Source: Candidatus Jorgensenbacteria bacterium GW2011_GWA1_48_11 (GTDB lineage: Bacteria > Patescibacteriota > Minisyncoccia > UBA6257 > GWB1-50-10). Taken from it: 64,000 nt of DNA. The notes under the pieces were generated by a model. The model did no database searches and was not told the origin of the DNA. It saw nothing but the letters and a program-made list of their open reading frames with translations. The DNA is taken from the NCBI GenBank assembly GCA_001003475.1, contig LCPF01000001.1:234571-298570 (forward strand), read 5' to 3'. The translations under genes were made by a program, and so were the position numbers. Every line of letters begins with the position of its first letter. The first letter of the stretch is position 1. This document shows positions 8,652 through 16,763 of the stretch, piece after piece.

Positions 8652-9710
8652 TTATTTCCTTTCCGTCAGGGTTACTCCAACGTTTAATTCTTTGCCGTCG
8701 CGCAAGATCTTGAGCGCGACTTTATCGTCTGGCGCGCAATCAGAGAGGAAGTCTTGAATGCTTTTTTCGGCCGTGATTTTTTTACCGTCCCAATCGGTTA
8801 TGATATCGCCTTCGCGCAGACCAGCGGCCGCAGCAGGACTGCCGGGGATGACCGCCTGATCCAGGGGGTGTTCCCTTACTACGTAGGCGCCGTAATCGCA
8901 GGCTAATTTCAATTTTTCTTGAATGTCTTTATTGAGCATCAGGTAGCGAAGGCCCAGGAGCGGTCTTTTGATTCGGCCGTATTTCTTGAGATCGGCCAAA
9001 TCTCTTTCGGCGGCTTGGATGGGGATCGCGAAGTTTATGTTTTGGGCGCCGAAAACAACGGCGGCATTAATGCCGATTGCTTGGCCGAAAATATCCACCA
9101 AGGGTCCGCCGGAGTTACCGGGGTTGATGGCGGCATCCGTTTGGATGAGCCCCCGCATTTCCTGGAAAGCGCTGCCGGGTTCGGCTTGGGCGCTGATCGC
9201 CCGGGAAAGGCCGGAAATGATGCCGGCCGAAACGGTGTTTTTGAAAATACCTAGGGCATTCCCGATGGCGAGCACGTTCTGGCCGAGCTCCAAATCGCGG
9301 GAATTGCCGAGCTTAACCACGGGCAGTTTTTTGTTGGGCTTGATTTTGAGGATGGCGACGTCGTTCACCGGGTCGCGGGCCAAGACCTCGGCGTCGTAGG
9401 TTTGATTGTCGTTCGTGATCACGGTGTAGCTGGCGTTCGGTTCGGCGATGACATGCTTATTGGTCAAAATAACGCCTTCTGCGTCAACGATAAAACCGCT
9501 GCCGCCGCCGACCTGCACCTGGCCTTGGGCGTTAATTTGCTCCGGCGGAATGCTCAACTCCGGCCGGCCCAAAGGCGCGTCCTTGAAATACTCGGGCATT
9601 TCCTTGGCCAGGTCTTTGATGTTTTTGGAAATCGTGATTGAAACCACGGCCGGCATCACTTTTTTCACGGTCTCGATTGTCTGGGATTTTTCGCGTTTAT
9701 CGAGGATCAT
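8652..9710 (-). CDS. htrA: HtrA/DegP-family serine protease with a C-terminal PDZ domain
   Basis: Trypsin-like catalytic triad including GNSGGPL, with a PDZ domain at the C-terminus. Confidence 0.85.
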   Translation of the reverse strand: MILDKREKSQTIETVKKVMPAVVSITISKNIKDLAKEMPEYFKDAPLGRPELSIPPEQINAQGQVQVGGGSGFIVDAEGVILTNKHVIAEPNASYTVITNDNQTYDAEVLARDPVNDVAILKIKPNKKLPVVKLGNSRDLELGQNVLAIGNALGIFKNTVSAGIISGLSRAISAQAEPGSAFQEMRGLIQTDAAINPGNSGGPLVDIFGQAIGINAAVVFGAQNINFAIPIQAAERDLADLKKYGRIKRPLLGLRYLMLNKDIQEKLKLACDYGAYVVREHPLDQAVIPGSPAAAAGLREGDIITDWDGKKITAEKSIQDFLSDCAPDDKVALKILRDGKELNVGVTLTERK

Positions 9711-9767
9711 TTTTGTAAAATATGAAGTTATTATAGTATAGTAAGGCCAATTCAGCCATTGATTTAT

Positions 9768-9853
9768 GTACCCCCCGCATAATAAAGATTATGGAATTAT
9801 TTTGAATTCGCCTGAAATCGGTCGGTTTGGTTTTTATTATGCGGGGGATGTAC
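9768..9853. promoter_or_regulatory. Near-perfect 19–21 bp inverted repeat (GTACCCCCCGCATAATAAA … TTTATTATGCGGGGGATGTAC) spanning the 5' end of the glycosyltransferase gene
   Basis: The arms at 9768-9786 and 9833-9853 are about 46 bp apart. The right arm covers the first three in-frame ATGs of ORF 9827. It lies in the divergent htrA/GT2 intergenic region. Confidence 0.45.
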
Positions 9854-11344
9854 AGGTTTTTTGAAATTCTGCCCGGCGCGGCCGTCTGGCTTTCCTTGAT
9901 CGTATTGGTTTTGCTTTCCTGGAAGCAGCCGTTTTTGGTTTCCATATTTTTCATCGTTTATTCTTTCTTTTGGCTGGTTCGGATTTTTTACCTCCATCTT
10001 CACCTTCGTTTCTCTTTCATGAAAATGCGGGAGTATTTGAAGATCGATTGGCTGGAAAAAGTCAAAACCTTGAGCGATCACGAAAAGAGCCAGGCCCTCG
10101 ATTGGTCGGATCTCCGCCACCTGATAGTCCTCCCGATGTACCATGAGCCTTTCGAGGTGGTGAACGAAACCTTTTTGAAGATCAAGGCGGCGAATTATCC
10201 CAAGGAAAAAATGATCGTGGTTTTGAGCGTGGAAGAAAAAGGCGGAGAAGCGGCCCTGGCGGTCGCGCATCGGGCCGAAGAGCAATTCGGCGATCTGTTC
10301 TTCAAATTCTTGATTACCCGGCATCCGGCTGGTCTCGCCGGCGAGATTCCGGGGAAGGGCTCGAACGAAACCTGGGCCGTTAAAGCCGTGAAGGAGAAAA
10401 TAATCGATCCTCTTGATGTCCCTTACGAAAACGTCGTTGTTTCGGTTTTTGACATCGATACCCAGCCTTTCCCGGAATATTTCGGTCGGCTCGCTTATTT
10501 GTTCCTCACCGTCCGCCGGCCCCAACGCTCCAGTTATCAGCCTATGCCGCTTTTTTTGAACAATATTTACGAGGCGCCTATTTTTTCCCGCATATCCTCC
10601 TTTTTTCCGACTTTCTGGCAGATGATGCAGCAGTCGCGGTCCGAGCAGCTCACCACTTTCACTTCGCAGGCCATGCCCTTAAAGGCCCTGATCGAGGTGG
10701 ATTATTGGGATAAGGACAGGGTTTCGGAGGACGCTTTGATTTTCTGGCGCTTTTATCTTCATTACGAGGGCGACTGGCGGGCCGTGCCGATGCATTATCC
10801 TGTTTCGATGGACGCCAATGCCGCCCCGACCTTATGGCAGACTGCCAAAAATTTGTACAAACAGCAGCGGCGTTGGGCTTGGGGCGTGGAAAATCTGCCT
10901 TATATGCTAACCGGCTTTATCAAACACAAAAAAATTCCTTTCCGGGAAAAATTCTTTTGGACTCTGATTTTCGCCGAAGGCTTTTATTCTTGGGCGACGG
11001 CGCCTTTCATTCTTTTTACCATGGGCTGGCTGCCGGTTTTTTTGGGCAGCGCTGCTTTCAATACGACGCTTTTGTCCTACAATCTGCCGAAAACGATCGG
11101 TTTCTTGATGAATTTTTCCGTTTTTGGCCTGGCGGCTTCGGCGATCTTAAGCGCCATGCTTTTGCCGCCAAAGCCGGACTGGTTCAAACGGCGGCATTAT
11201 CTGATTTATTTTTTGCAGTGGATTTTGACGCCGATCGTGATAATTTTCTGGAGCGGCGTGCCGGCAGTTGATGCCCAGACACGGATGATGATCGGCGGCA
11301 AATACCGGCTCGGTTTTTGGCTCACGCCCAAGAGCCGGCGCTGA
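9827..11344 (+). CDS. Integral-membrane family-2 glycosyltransferase, processive cellulose/chitin-synthase-like (QxxRW)
   Basis: Cytoplasmic GT-A domain flanked by TM helices, with the QQRRWAWG (QxxRW) motif characteristic of processive beta-glycosyltransferases. The start could be one of the downstream ATGs at 9839 or 9848. Confidence 0.6.
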   Translation: MVFIMRGMYRFFEILPGAAVWLSLIVLVLLSWKQPFLVSIFFIVYSFFWLVRIFYLHLHLRFSFMKMREYLKIDWLEKVKTLSDHEKSQALDWSDLRHLIVLPMYHEPFEVVNETFLKIKAANYPKEKMIVVLSVEEKGGEAALAVAHRAEEQFGDLFFKFLITRHPAGLAGEIPGKGSNETWAVKAVKEKIIDPLDVPYENVVVSVFDIDTQPFPEYFGRLAYLFLTVRRPQRSSYQPMPLFLNNIYEAPIFSRISSFFPTFWQMMQQSRSEQLTTFTSQAMPLKALIEVDYWDKDRVSEDALIFWRFYLHYEGDWRAVPMHYPVSMDANAAPTLWQTAKNLYKQQRRWAWGVENLPYMLTGFIKHKKIPFREKFFWTLIFAEGFYSWATAPFILFTMGWLPVFLGSAAFNTTLLSYNLPKTIGFLMNFSVFGLAASAILSAMLLPPKPDWFKRRHYLIYFLQWILTPIVIIFWSGVPAVDAQTRMMIGGKYRLGFWLTPKSRR

Positions 11345-11366
11345 TTTTTGGTGTATACTGAAATAA

Positions 11367-11987
11367 ATGTCCAGGAGGAAGACCAGCGGTTACGTTGATG
11401 TTGGCCGGAGGGAATTTTTGGCCAAGCTTGAACCGATTGTTTCGCCGCGGGAGCTCGAAACGATCGAAACCGCTTACGTGCTCGCCAAGTACGGCCACAA
11501 GGAGCAAATTCGGGAAGACGGCGAAACCCGCTATTTCGAACATCCGAAATCGGTGGCTTGGATCGCCGTCGACGAGCTGAAGGTAAATAATTGGCAGACG
11601 ATCGTGATGGCCCTGCTCCACGACGTGCTCGAGGATTCGCACATCCTTTCGCCTTACCGCATCGAGCTTAATTTCGGCAAAGAAGTGGTGGTCGGCCTGA
11701 AACTTCTCACTAAAAAACCGAAAACCGGTTATCTCCGCCGGCTGAAACTTTACGGCGATACGAAGATGATAACCGTGAAGCTTTGCGACCGGCTGCATAA
11801 TCTGCGGACGCTCGGCAGTTGCGCCAGGCCGAAACAGCGGCGCCAGATCAAGGAAACCAAAAAATATTATCTGCCGCTTTGCGATTTGCTAATAGAAAAA
11901 CTACCGCAACGTGACCGCTGGCGGGGCGAATATCTTAAAAATCAAATCGAGAAAATCTGCGTTCGCTACGATAAGAAATTAAGTTAA
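11367..11987 (+). CDS. Small HD-domain protein, SpoT/Mesh1-like (p)ppGpp hydrolase family
   Basis: HD-domain signature HDVLED, with …YFEHP…AVDEL… and …KLCDRLHNLRTL…, like the N-terminal hydrolase domain of RelA/SpoT; 206 aa and no synthetase domain. Confidence 0.65.
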   Translation: MSRRKTSGYVDVGRREFLAKLEPIVSPRELETIETAYVLAKYGHKEQIREDGETRYFEHPKSVAWIAVDELKVNNWQTIVMALLHDVLEDSHILSPYRIELNFGKEVVVGLKLLTKKPKTGYLRRLKLYGDTKMITVKLCDRLHNLRTLGSCARPKQRRQIKETKKYYLPLCDLLIEKLPQRDRWRGEYLKNQIEKICVRYDKKLS

Positions 11988-12147
11988 TTTTTAAACTGGC
12001 GGATTACATCTCGCCCTCGCTCTTATGAGCTTCGGCGACGCGGAGGCGGGGGCGAGTCCACTCTAACTAATCTTGAAAAGGTATTGAAAATCCTACTTTT
12101 TATCTTTAATTCCGGTTTGAATCCCGGACGGGTCGTAAAATTGCCGG

Positions 12148-12891
12148 CTACTTCTTTTCACACCACAGCAAAAACCTTTTTGTTGTGTAAGTGAGCTTTT
12201 CTCCGCGATCTAGCTTTTCCTGAAGGGATTCCAAATACTTTAAATGTGTATCTACTGAAAATCTCTCTACGGTCCAAGGAGTATTTATGAGTTGATACAC
12301 CAACGCTCCAACATCAAGGAAGGTAACTTTGCCAATCCAGTCTTCAGATTGCTTTACAACAAAGCCATGTGCAACAGCTCTTTTTGATACTCCTTCAAGA
12401 TTGTTCTCCGGCCACTTTGGCTTAGTGTCGAAAAATGTCTGAAGATCTTCCATGTTCCTACCGTCCACTTGCTGAGTCAGGAACTGACCGCTAGGCTTAA
12501 GTATTCTTGCAATTTCTTGAATAGTCAGTCCTCCGTGGCGATTAAGCACAAGATCAAATTCACCATCATGAAAAGGATATGAGCCGGTATCTTCAACCTC
12601 AAAAACCTGAACGCCTAACGGCTCAAGTTTTTCTTTAGCGACTTCAACATTCGGATGCCAGCCTTCGATCGCGACAGTGTGAGATGGAAAGGGGGCGAGA
12701 GCGGAGAACTTTTCTCCTCCGCCAGTAGCTATATCCAGGACCGACTTGGAGTTTTGAATCAGCCCTTTAGCTAGGGCCTGATAATCCCAAGACGGTTCCT
12801 CCCAAATAATCCTATCTTTGGTATATGAAAACTGCCAACCCTGAAAGGGTACGGCCTCATCCTTTTTCCACTGTTCATAGTGAGAGTTCAT
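12148..12891 (-). CDS. Class I SAM-dependent methyltransferase, low GC
   Basis: Motif I VLDIATGGGE and downstream acidic and aromatic motifs; 247 aa; about 40% GC. Confidence 0.6.
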   Translation of the reverse strand: MNSHYEQWKKDEAVPFQGWQFSYTKDRIIWEEPSWDYQALAKGLIQNSKSVLDIATGGGEKFSALAPFPSHTVAIEGWHPNVEVAKEKLEPLGVQVFEVEDTGSYPFHDGEFDLVLNRHGGLTIQEIARILKPSGQFLTQQVDGRNMEDLQTFFDTKPKWPENNLEGVSKRAVAHGFVVKQSEDWIGKVTFLDVGALVYQLINTPWTVERFSVDTHLKYLESLQEKLDRGEKLTYTTKRFLLWCEKK

Positions 12892-12988
12892 AATATTTTT
12901 TTCTTTCCACTATAGCAGATGCTCAGAGCAACGAATAATCAGCTGTGTGGTTCGCCACACAATCTCGGACGTATGATTGAATCAGATA

Positions 12989-13516
12989 CTATTTCCTTAA
13001 TAACTCAAGCAATTGCGCTACTGTTTCCTTTGGGGCATTATGAGTATTATCAATTTTGAATTCATTTTTTACTACTGGCCTTTTCATTAATGCTTGATTC
13101 CACTCTATAGCTTTTTGTATTCTTTTGTATCCGCTATCCCTTGGTTCCTCAAGTCTCCTTTTTAATTCTTCGTCCTTACTAACAAAAAGAGAAAAAATCA
13201 TATAGTTCAAATCAGATAAAACATCTGGAATTTGCAGGATTCTAAAATCCTGCAAATCGTTTAGTATGACATTTTTATGGCCGTGCTTTTTGTAGTTTTT
13301 AAGAATGAAAATCAAGTTCTCAAAAGCCATCTGTTCTTCTGCCTCGCTCCAATTAGACCAATCGTTATCTAAATGAATTTGGCGCAGAACACCAAAATCA
13401 AAAACAAAGGAATTGAGCTCCCGTGCTAAGAGATTGCTAATGGTGGTTTTCCCCGTTCCCGGTGCGCCAGCGATAACAATTAAGTCTTTCATAAGATTAA
13501 GTATATATAAAAACAC
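12989..13516 (-). CDS. Small P-loop NTPase/kinase-like protein (AAA_33-like), low GC
   Basis: Walker A GAPGTGKTT near the N-terminus; about 170 aa, the size of a nucleotide-kinase fold. The real start is probably the internal M at 13492. Confidence 0.5.
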   Translation of the reverse strand: MFLYILNLMKDLIVIAGAPGTGKTTISNLLARELNSFVFDFGVLRQIHLDNDWSNWSEAEEQMAFENLIFILKNYKKHGHKNVILNDLQDFRILQIPDVLSDLNYMIFSLFVSKDEELKRRLEEPRDSGYKRIQKAIEWNQALMKRPVVKNEFKIDNTHNAPKETVAQLLELLRK

Positions 13517-13640
13517 CTACTTTTATAGGTATATTTTTTATATCACCCTATTTATGGGAGTGTTATTCAAAAAATTTCGAATCTCATCCATCTGCTCATT
13601 TCTGCCGCCCCACAGGCTTTCAAAAAGTATTGGAAAATAC

Positions 13641-13670
13641 AGAGCGCTCGTTCGAGAGACCGAGCGCTCA
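13641..13670 (-). terminator. Hairpin (GAGCGCTCG…CGAGCGCTC) directly 3' of tRNA-Ser; possible terminator
   Basis: A 9-bp GC-rich stem is followed on the minus strand by a T-rich stretch. Confidence 0.3.
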
Positions 13671-13676
13671 ACCCTG

Positions 13677-13763
13677 CGGAGGGTGGAGGATTCGAACCCC
13701 CGAGGGGATTTCTCCCCAACCGCATTTCGAGTGCGGCGCATTAGACCGCTCTGCCAACCCTCC
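13677..13763 (-). tRNA. tRNA-Ser (anticodon CGA)
   Basis: Hand fold: acceptor GGAGGGT/ACCCTCC, anticodon loop CTCGAAA, long variable arm, T-loop TTCGAAT; CCA not encoded. Confidence 0.8.
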
Positions 13764-13772
13764 TTAACGCCG

Positions 13773-13844
13773 TGCCCCCAGAAAGAATCGAACTCTCATC
13801 TTTCCCTTAGGACGGGACTGCTCTATCCATTGAGCTATAGGGGC
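13773..13844 (-). tRNA. tRNA-Arg (anticodon CCT)
   Basis: Acceptor GCCCCTA/TGGGGGC, D-arm GCTC…GAGC, anticodon loop GTCCTAA, T-loop TTCGATT. There is one mismatch at 27:43. Confidence 0.7.
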
Positions 13845-13910
13845 GTGGTTTCACTATTTATAAACTAAGTTGCGGTTTTGGTAAAGTTTTGATATTTTAA
13901 TTAAACAGCC

Positions 13911-13982
13911 GCGCGATTAGCTCAGTGGTAGAGCGTCACATTGACATTGTGAAGGCCGCTGGTCCGATCCCAGCATCGCGCA
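13911..13982 (+). tRNA. tRNA-Val (anticodon GAC)
   Basis: Acceptor GCGCGAT/ATCGCGC, D-arm TAGCTCAGTGGTAGAGC, anticodon stem TCACA/TGTGA with loop TTGACAT. Confidence 0.8.
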
Positions 13983-14089
13983 CACAAAAATCTGACTCGG
14001 GTTTTTGTCGGCCTATATCAAAATATTATTTTGATATAGCCCCAGCGATCGGACGTAATAAAAGTAAGCTTTTATTCCGCTCCTCGCTT

Positions 14090-14163
14090 GGGCCTATAGT
14101 AAAATGGCATTACGCTTCCGTGGCACGGAAGAGGTCGGGGTTCGATTCCCCGTAGGTCCACCA
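14090..14163 (+). tRNA. tRNA-Ala (anticodon GGC), 3' CCA encoded
   Basis: Acceptor GGGCCTA/TAGGTCC with the G3·U70 Ala identity pair; anticodon loop GTGGCAC; T-loop TTCGATT; ends …ACCA. The uppS GTG start follows 1 nt later. Confidence 0.8.
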
Positions 14164-14164
14164 G

Positions 14165-14872
14165 GTGGAAAATTTACCAAAACACATCGTTATTATTCCG
14201 GATGGCAATCGGCGTTGGGCCAGGGCTAAGGGCCTCGCGGCTTTTTTGGGTCACGAAAAAGGCGCGGAAACGACCGAAAATATAATGGAGGTCGCCCTGG
14301 AACTGAAGATTCCCTATTTCACCTTTTGGGGTTCTTCTTTGGACAATATCGAAAAGCGGCCCAAGGCCGAGGTGGAGTTTTTGTTCAAGATCTTCGAAAA
14401 GGAATTCAAGAAACTTCTTACGAGCGACAAGGTTAGTGAAAACGGCGTCCGGGTGAATGTCCTCGGCCGCTGGCAGGAATTGTTTCCGAAAAGTTTGGTT
14501 GATTTGATGAAAGAAATAATCGCGAAAACGAAAGATTACAGCAATTACCACCTGACATTTTTAATGGCCTATAGCGGCCTTGACGAGATGAAAACGGCTG
14601 TTCAGAGGATTGCCGATAATAAAATCCAAGATTCCGATTTTAAAATAGACGGCGATTCGATTAAGGCCAATCTTTGGACCCGTGATTTGCCGCCGGTGGA
14701 CCTGGTCATTCGGACCGGGGGCGAACCCCATTGGTCAAACGGCTTAATGATGTGGGACGTTGCCGATGCCCAGCTTTATTTCACGGAAACCCTGTATCCG
14801 GACTTTTCGCCCGAGGAATTCAAGAAGGCGCTGATGGCTTACGGGAAAACGTCCCGCCGTTTCGGCGCCTGA
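14165..14872 (+). CDS. uppS: Undecaprenyl-diphosphate synthase (cis-isoprenyl transferase)
   Basis: Hallmark [13 protein letters not shown] near the N-terminus; 235 aa; GTG start directly after tRNA-Ala. Confidence 0.85.
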   Translation: MENLPKHIVIIPDGNRRWARAKGLAAFLGHEKGAETTENIMEVALELKIPYFTFWGSSLDNIEKRPKAEVEFLFKIFEKEFKKLLTSDKVSENGVRVNVLGRWQELFPKSLVDLMKEIIAKTKDYSNYHLTFLMAYSGLDEMKTAVQRIADNKIQDSDFKIDGDSIKANLWTRDLPPVDLVIRTGGEPHWSNGLMMWDVADAQLYFTETLYPDFSPEEFKKALMAYGKTSRRFGA

Positions 14873-14933
14873 ACAAAACCCGATTATTTTTTTGCCTTTA
14901 TCATTGGAAAATGAGTATGATGTATTGAGTTCG

Positions 14934-15023
14934 GGAGGGGTGCCTGAGTGGTTGAAAGGGACGGTCTTGAAAACCGTTATACTGGAAACAGTATCGTGGG
15001 TTCGAATCCCACCCCCTCCGCCA
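14934..15023 (+). tRNA. tRNA-Ser (anticodon TGA), 3' CCA encoded
   Basis: Acceptor GGAGGGG/CCCCTCC, anticodon stem ACGGT/ACCGT with loop CTTGAAA, long variable arm, T-loop TTCGAAT, then GCCA. Confidence 0.8.
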
Positions 15024-15025
15024 AG

Positions 15026-15670
15026 ATGCAAGTCAAAAAATTACATCCGGCTTTTGATAGGCTGCAGAAACGATTTGGCGGTTCGTCCCTCAAGCCCGTT
15101 TACGGGGCGGGTTGCGTTAAAAATCCAAAAGCGATGCTGGTTTTCATGAACCCGACCGGCAAGAATGTTTCAGCCCATGCGGGTTGGGACGGATTGCGGG
15201 CGCCGTGGCTTGGGACAAAATCGATTTGGCCGATGTTCCATGAGTTGGGATATATTTCCGAAAAAAGCTTTGGAAAAACCCAAACCCTGAAATATAACGA
15301 GTGGTCAGCCGCGTTCGCGAAGGAGATTTACAAAGAGCTTCAAAGGAGCGGGATATACGTAACGAACTTGGCGAAATGCACCCAGGCAGATGCGCGACAC
15401 TTAAAAGATTCTACTTTCAAAAATTATGTCGATCTCCTGTTTCGGGAAATTTCGCTGATTTGTCCCCAAAAAGTCATTGCTTTCGGAAACCAAGTCAGCT
15501 CGATCATTTTAAACAAGCCCGTATCGGTGAACCGTTATAAAGGAATACAAAAAGAGGTTTTGAAGATAAGGAATAAAAGTTTTAACGTATACCCGGTTTA
15601 TTACCCGGTAGGACAGGGCAGGAGAAACATGCCGTTAGCCATGAGGCGGGTGCGGAAAGTGGTCAAGTGA
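15026..15670 (+). CDS. Uracil-DNA glycosylase superfamily protein (family 4/5-like)
   Basis: True start MQVKKL at 15026, since the ORF-track start overlaps the tRNA. Contains …[10 protein letters not shown]… and …[10 protein letters not shown]…, resembling the UDG family-4 motif (ITNxVKC). Confidence 0.5.
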   Translation: MQVKKLHPAFDRLQKRFGGSSLKPVYGAGCVKNPKAMLVFMNPTGKNVSAHAGWDGLRAPWLGTKSIWPMFHELGYISEKSFGKTQTLKYNEWSAAFAKEIYKELQRSGIYVTNLAKCTQADARHLKDSTFKNYVDLLFREISLICPQKVIAFGNQVSSIILNKPVSVNRYKGIQKEVLKIRNKSFNVYPVYYPVGQGRRNMPLAMRRVRKVVK

Positions 15671-15694
15671 TTTGAATTCTCCGTCTTCCGGCGC

Positions 15695-16720
15695 TCAAGA
15701 AACCAAATCCGGCTCTATCTCGAGTTCGATGCCGAATTTAGTGCGCACCGACTTGATGATTTCTTGGGCGGTTTCGATAACCGTCTGAAAAGTAGCCGAG
15801 CCGTCGTTTACCAGAACGAGGGCGTTTCTTTTGTCTACGTGGAGGTGATCGAAATCTTTTTCTTTCAGGCCGCAGGCGTCGATGAGCCAGCCCGCGGAAA
15901 CTTTTGCTTTACCGCCGCTAGCCGGGAAAATCGGCAGATTCGGGTAGTTGCGCTTCAGCTTTTCCGCTTGGGCCTGGGAAATTAACGGGTTTTCGAAAAA
16001 AGAACCGACATTGGGATATTTTCGGGGATCGGGGAGCTTTTCGGCGCGAGTCGCCAAAATAATTCTCCTTATATCTTGGAGGGAAGGTGAGCTTATTCCT
16101 TCTGAAGCGAGCTTTTCTTTTATGCCCGGATAAGCGGGTATGGCGGGCGGGAGAAGGGAGAGCCGGATCGTGACGCCGGTAATGATATAGCGGCCGCGCC
16201 CGGATTTTTTGAAAACACTTATCCGATAGCCGAATTCGCAATCTTTCGGGCGGAGAACAATAGGGGAAGACGATTCAATGTCGTAAGCACGGATTTCCAC
16301 TGCGACATTCGCGAATTCCTGGCCGTAAGCGCCGATGTTCTGGATGGGCGCGGCGCCGACCGTACCGGGAATGCCCGAAAGAGTTTCGATGCCCTGATAG
16401 CCGCGTTCGACCGACCAGGCGACGGCCTTATCCCAAGAAACGCCGGCCTCGATTTCTATAACAACCTCGGTTTGGTCTTTCCGAATTTCGCGGATGGCGT
16501 CGAAGCCGAGTTTTAAGAAGAATTTGTTGATGGCCGCATCGGAGAAAATCGTATTCGAGCCCTCGCCCAAAACGTGGATGGGCAGGTTCTTTTTTTGGGC
16601 GAAAGCAACGAGTTCGGGAATGGCGGCGGGGCTTCCGGCTTCGGCAAAATAACGGGCCAAGCCGCCCAGCCGGAAGGTGGAGTGGGGAGCCAGGGGAATG
16701 TTTTCCAGGATCGGGGTCAC
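15695..16720 (-). CDS. murB: UDP-N-acetylenolpyruvoylglucosamine reductase
   Basis: N-terminal FAD-binding PLAPHSTFRLGG… and a C-terminal MurB domain; 341 aa; divergent from murA. Confidence 0.8.
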   Translation of the reverse strand: MTPILENIPLAPHSTFRLGGLARYFAEAGSPAAIPELVAFAQKKNLPIHVLGEGSNTIFSDAAINKFFLKLGFDAIREIRKDQTEVVIEIEAGVSWDKAVAWSVERGYQGIETLSGIPGTVGAAPIQNIGAYGQEFANVAVEIRAYDIESSSPIVLRPKDCEFGYRISVFKKSGRGRYIITGVTIRLSLLPPAIPAYPGIKEKLASEGISSPSLQDIRRIILATRAEKLPDPRKYPNVGSFFENPLISQAQAEKLKRNYPNLPIFPASGGKAKVSAGWLIDACGLKEKDFDHLHVDKRNALVLVNDGSATFQTVIETAQEIIKSVRTKFGIELEIEPDLVS

Positions 16721-16739
16721 GGCATCAGTATATCACATA

Positions 16740-16748
16740 TGATATAAT
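16740..16748 (+). promoter_or_regulatory. Extended -10 element TGATATAAT upstream of murA
   Basis: An exact TGnTATAAT lies 16 nt before the murA ATG. Confidence 0.4.
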
Positions 16749-16763
16749 GGTAGTGTCAATAAA

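Noticed and set aside
12010-12060. GC-rich imperfect hairpin after the HD-domain gene (…CTCGCCCTCGC…GCGGGGGCGAG…) as a terminator
   Set aside because: There is no downstream T-run. The motif GAGCTTCGGCG recurs near tRNA-Gly (18415) in a similar GC-rich context, so it may be a short repeat instead. It was not scored as a feature.
12095-12135. tRNA T-arm-like string (CCGGTTTGAATCCCGG) as an att-site remnant of the low-GC island
   Set aside because: The loop reads TTTGAAT, lacking the invariant C56. No acceptor-stem match to any neighbouring tRNA was found, so it is probably a chance resemblance.
13413-15149. ORFs 13413..13868(+), 13538..13741(-), 13925..14155(+), 14744..15031(-), 14892..15149(+)
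   Set aside because: They are translations across tRNA genes (Ser, Arg, Val, Ala, Ser).
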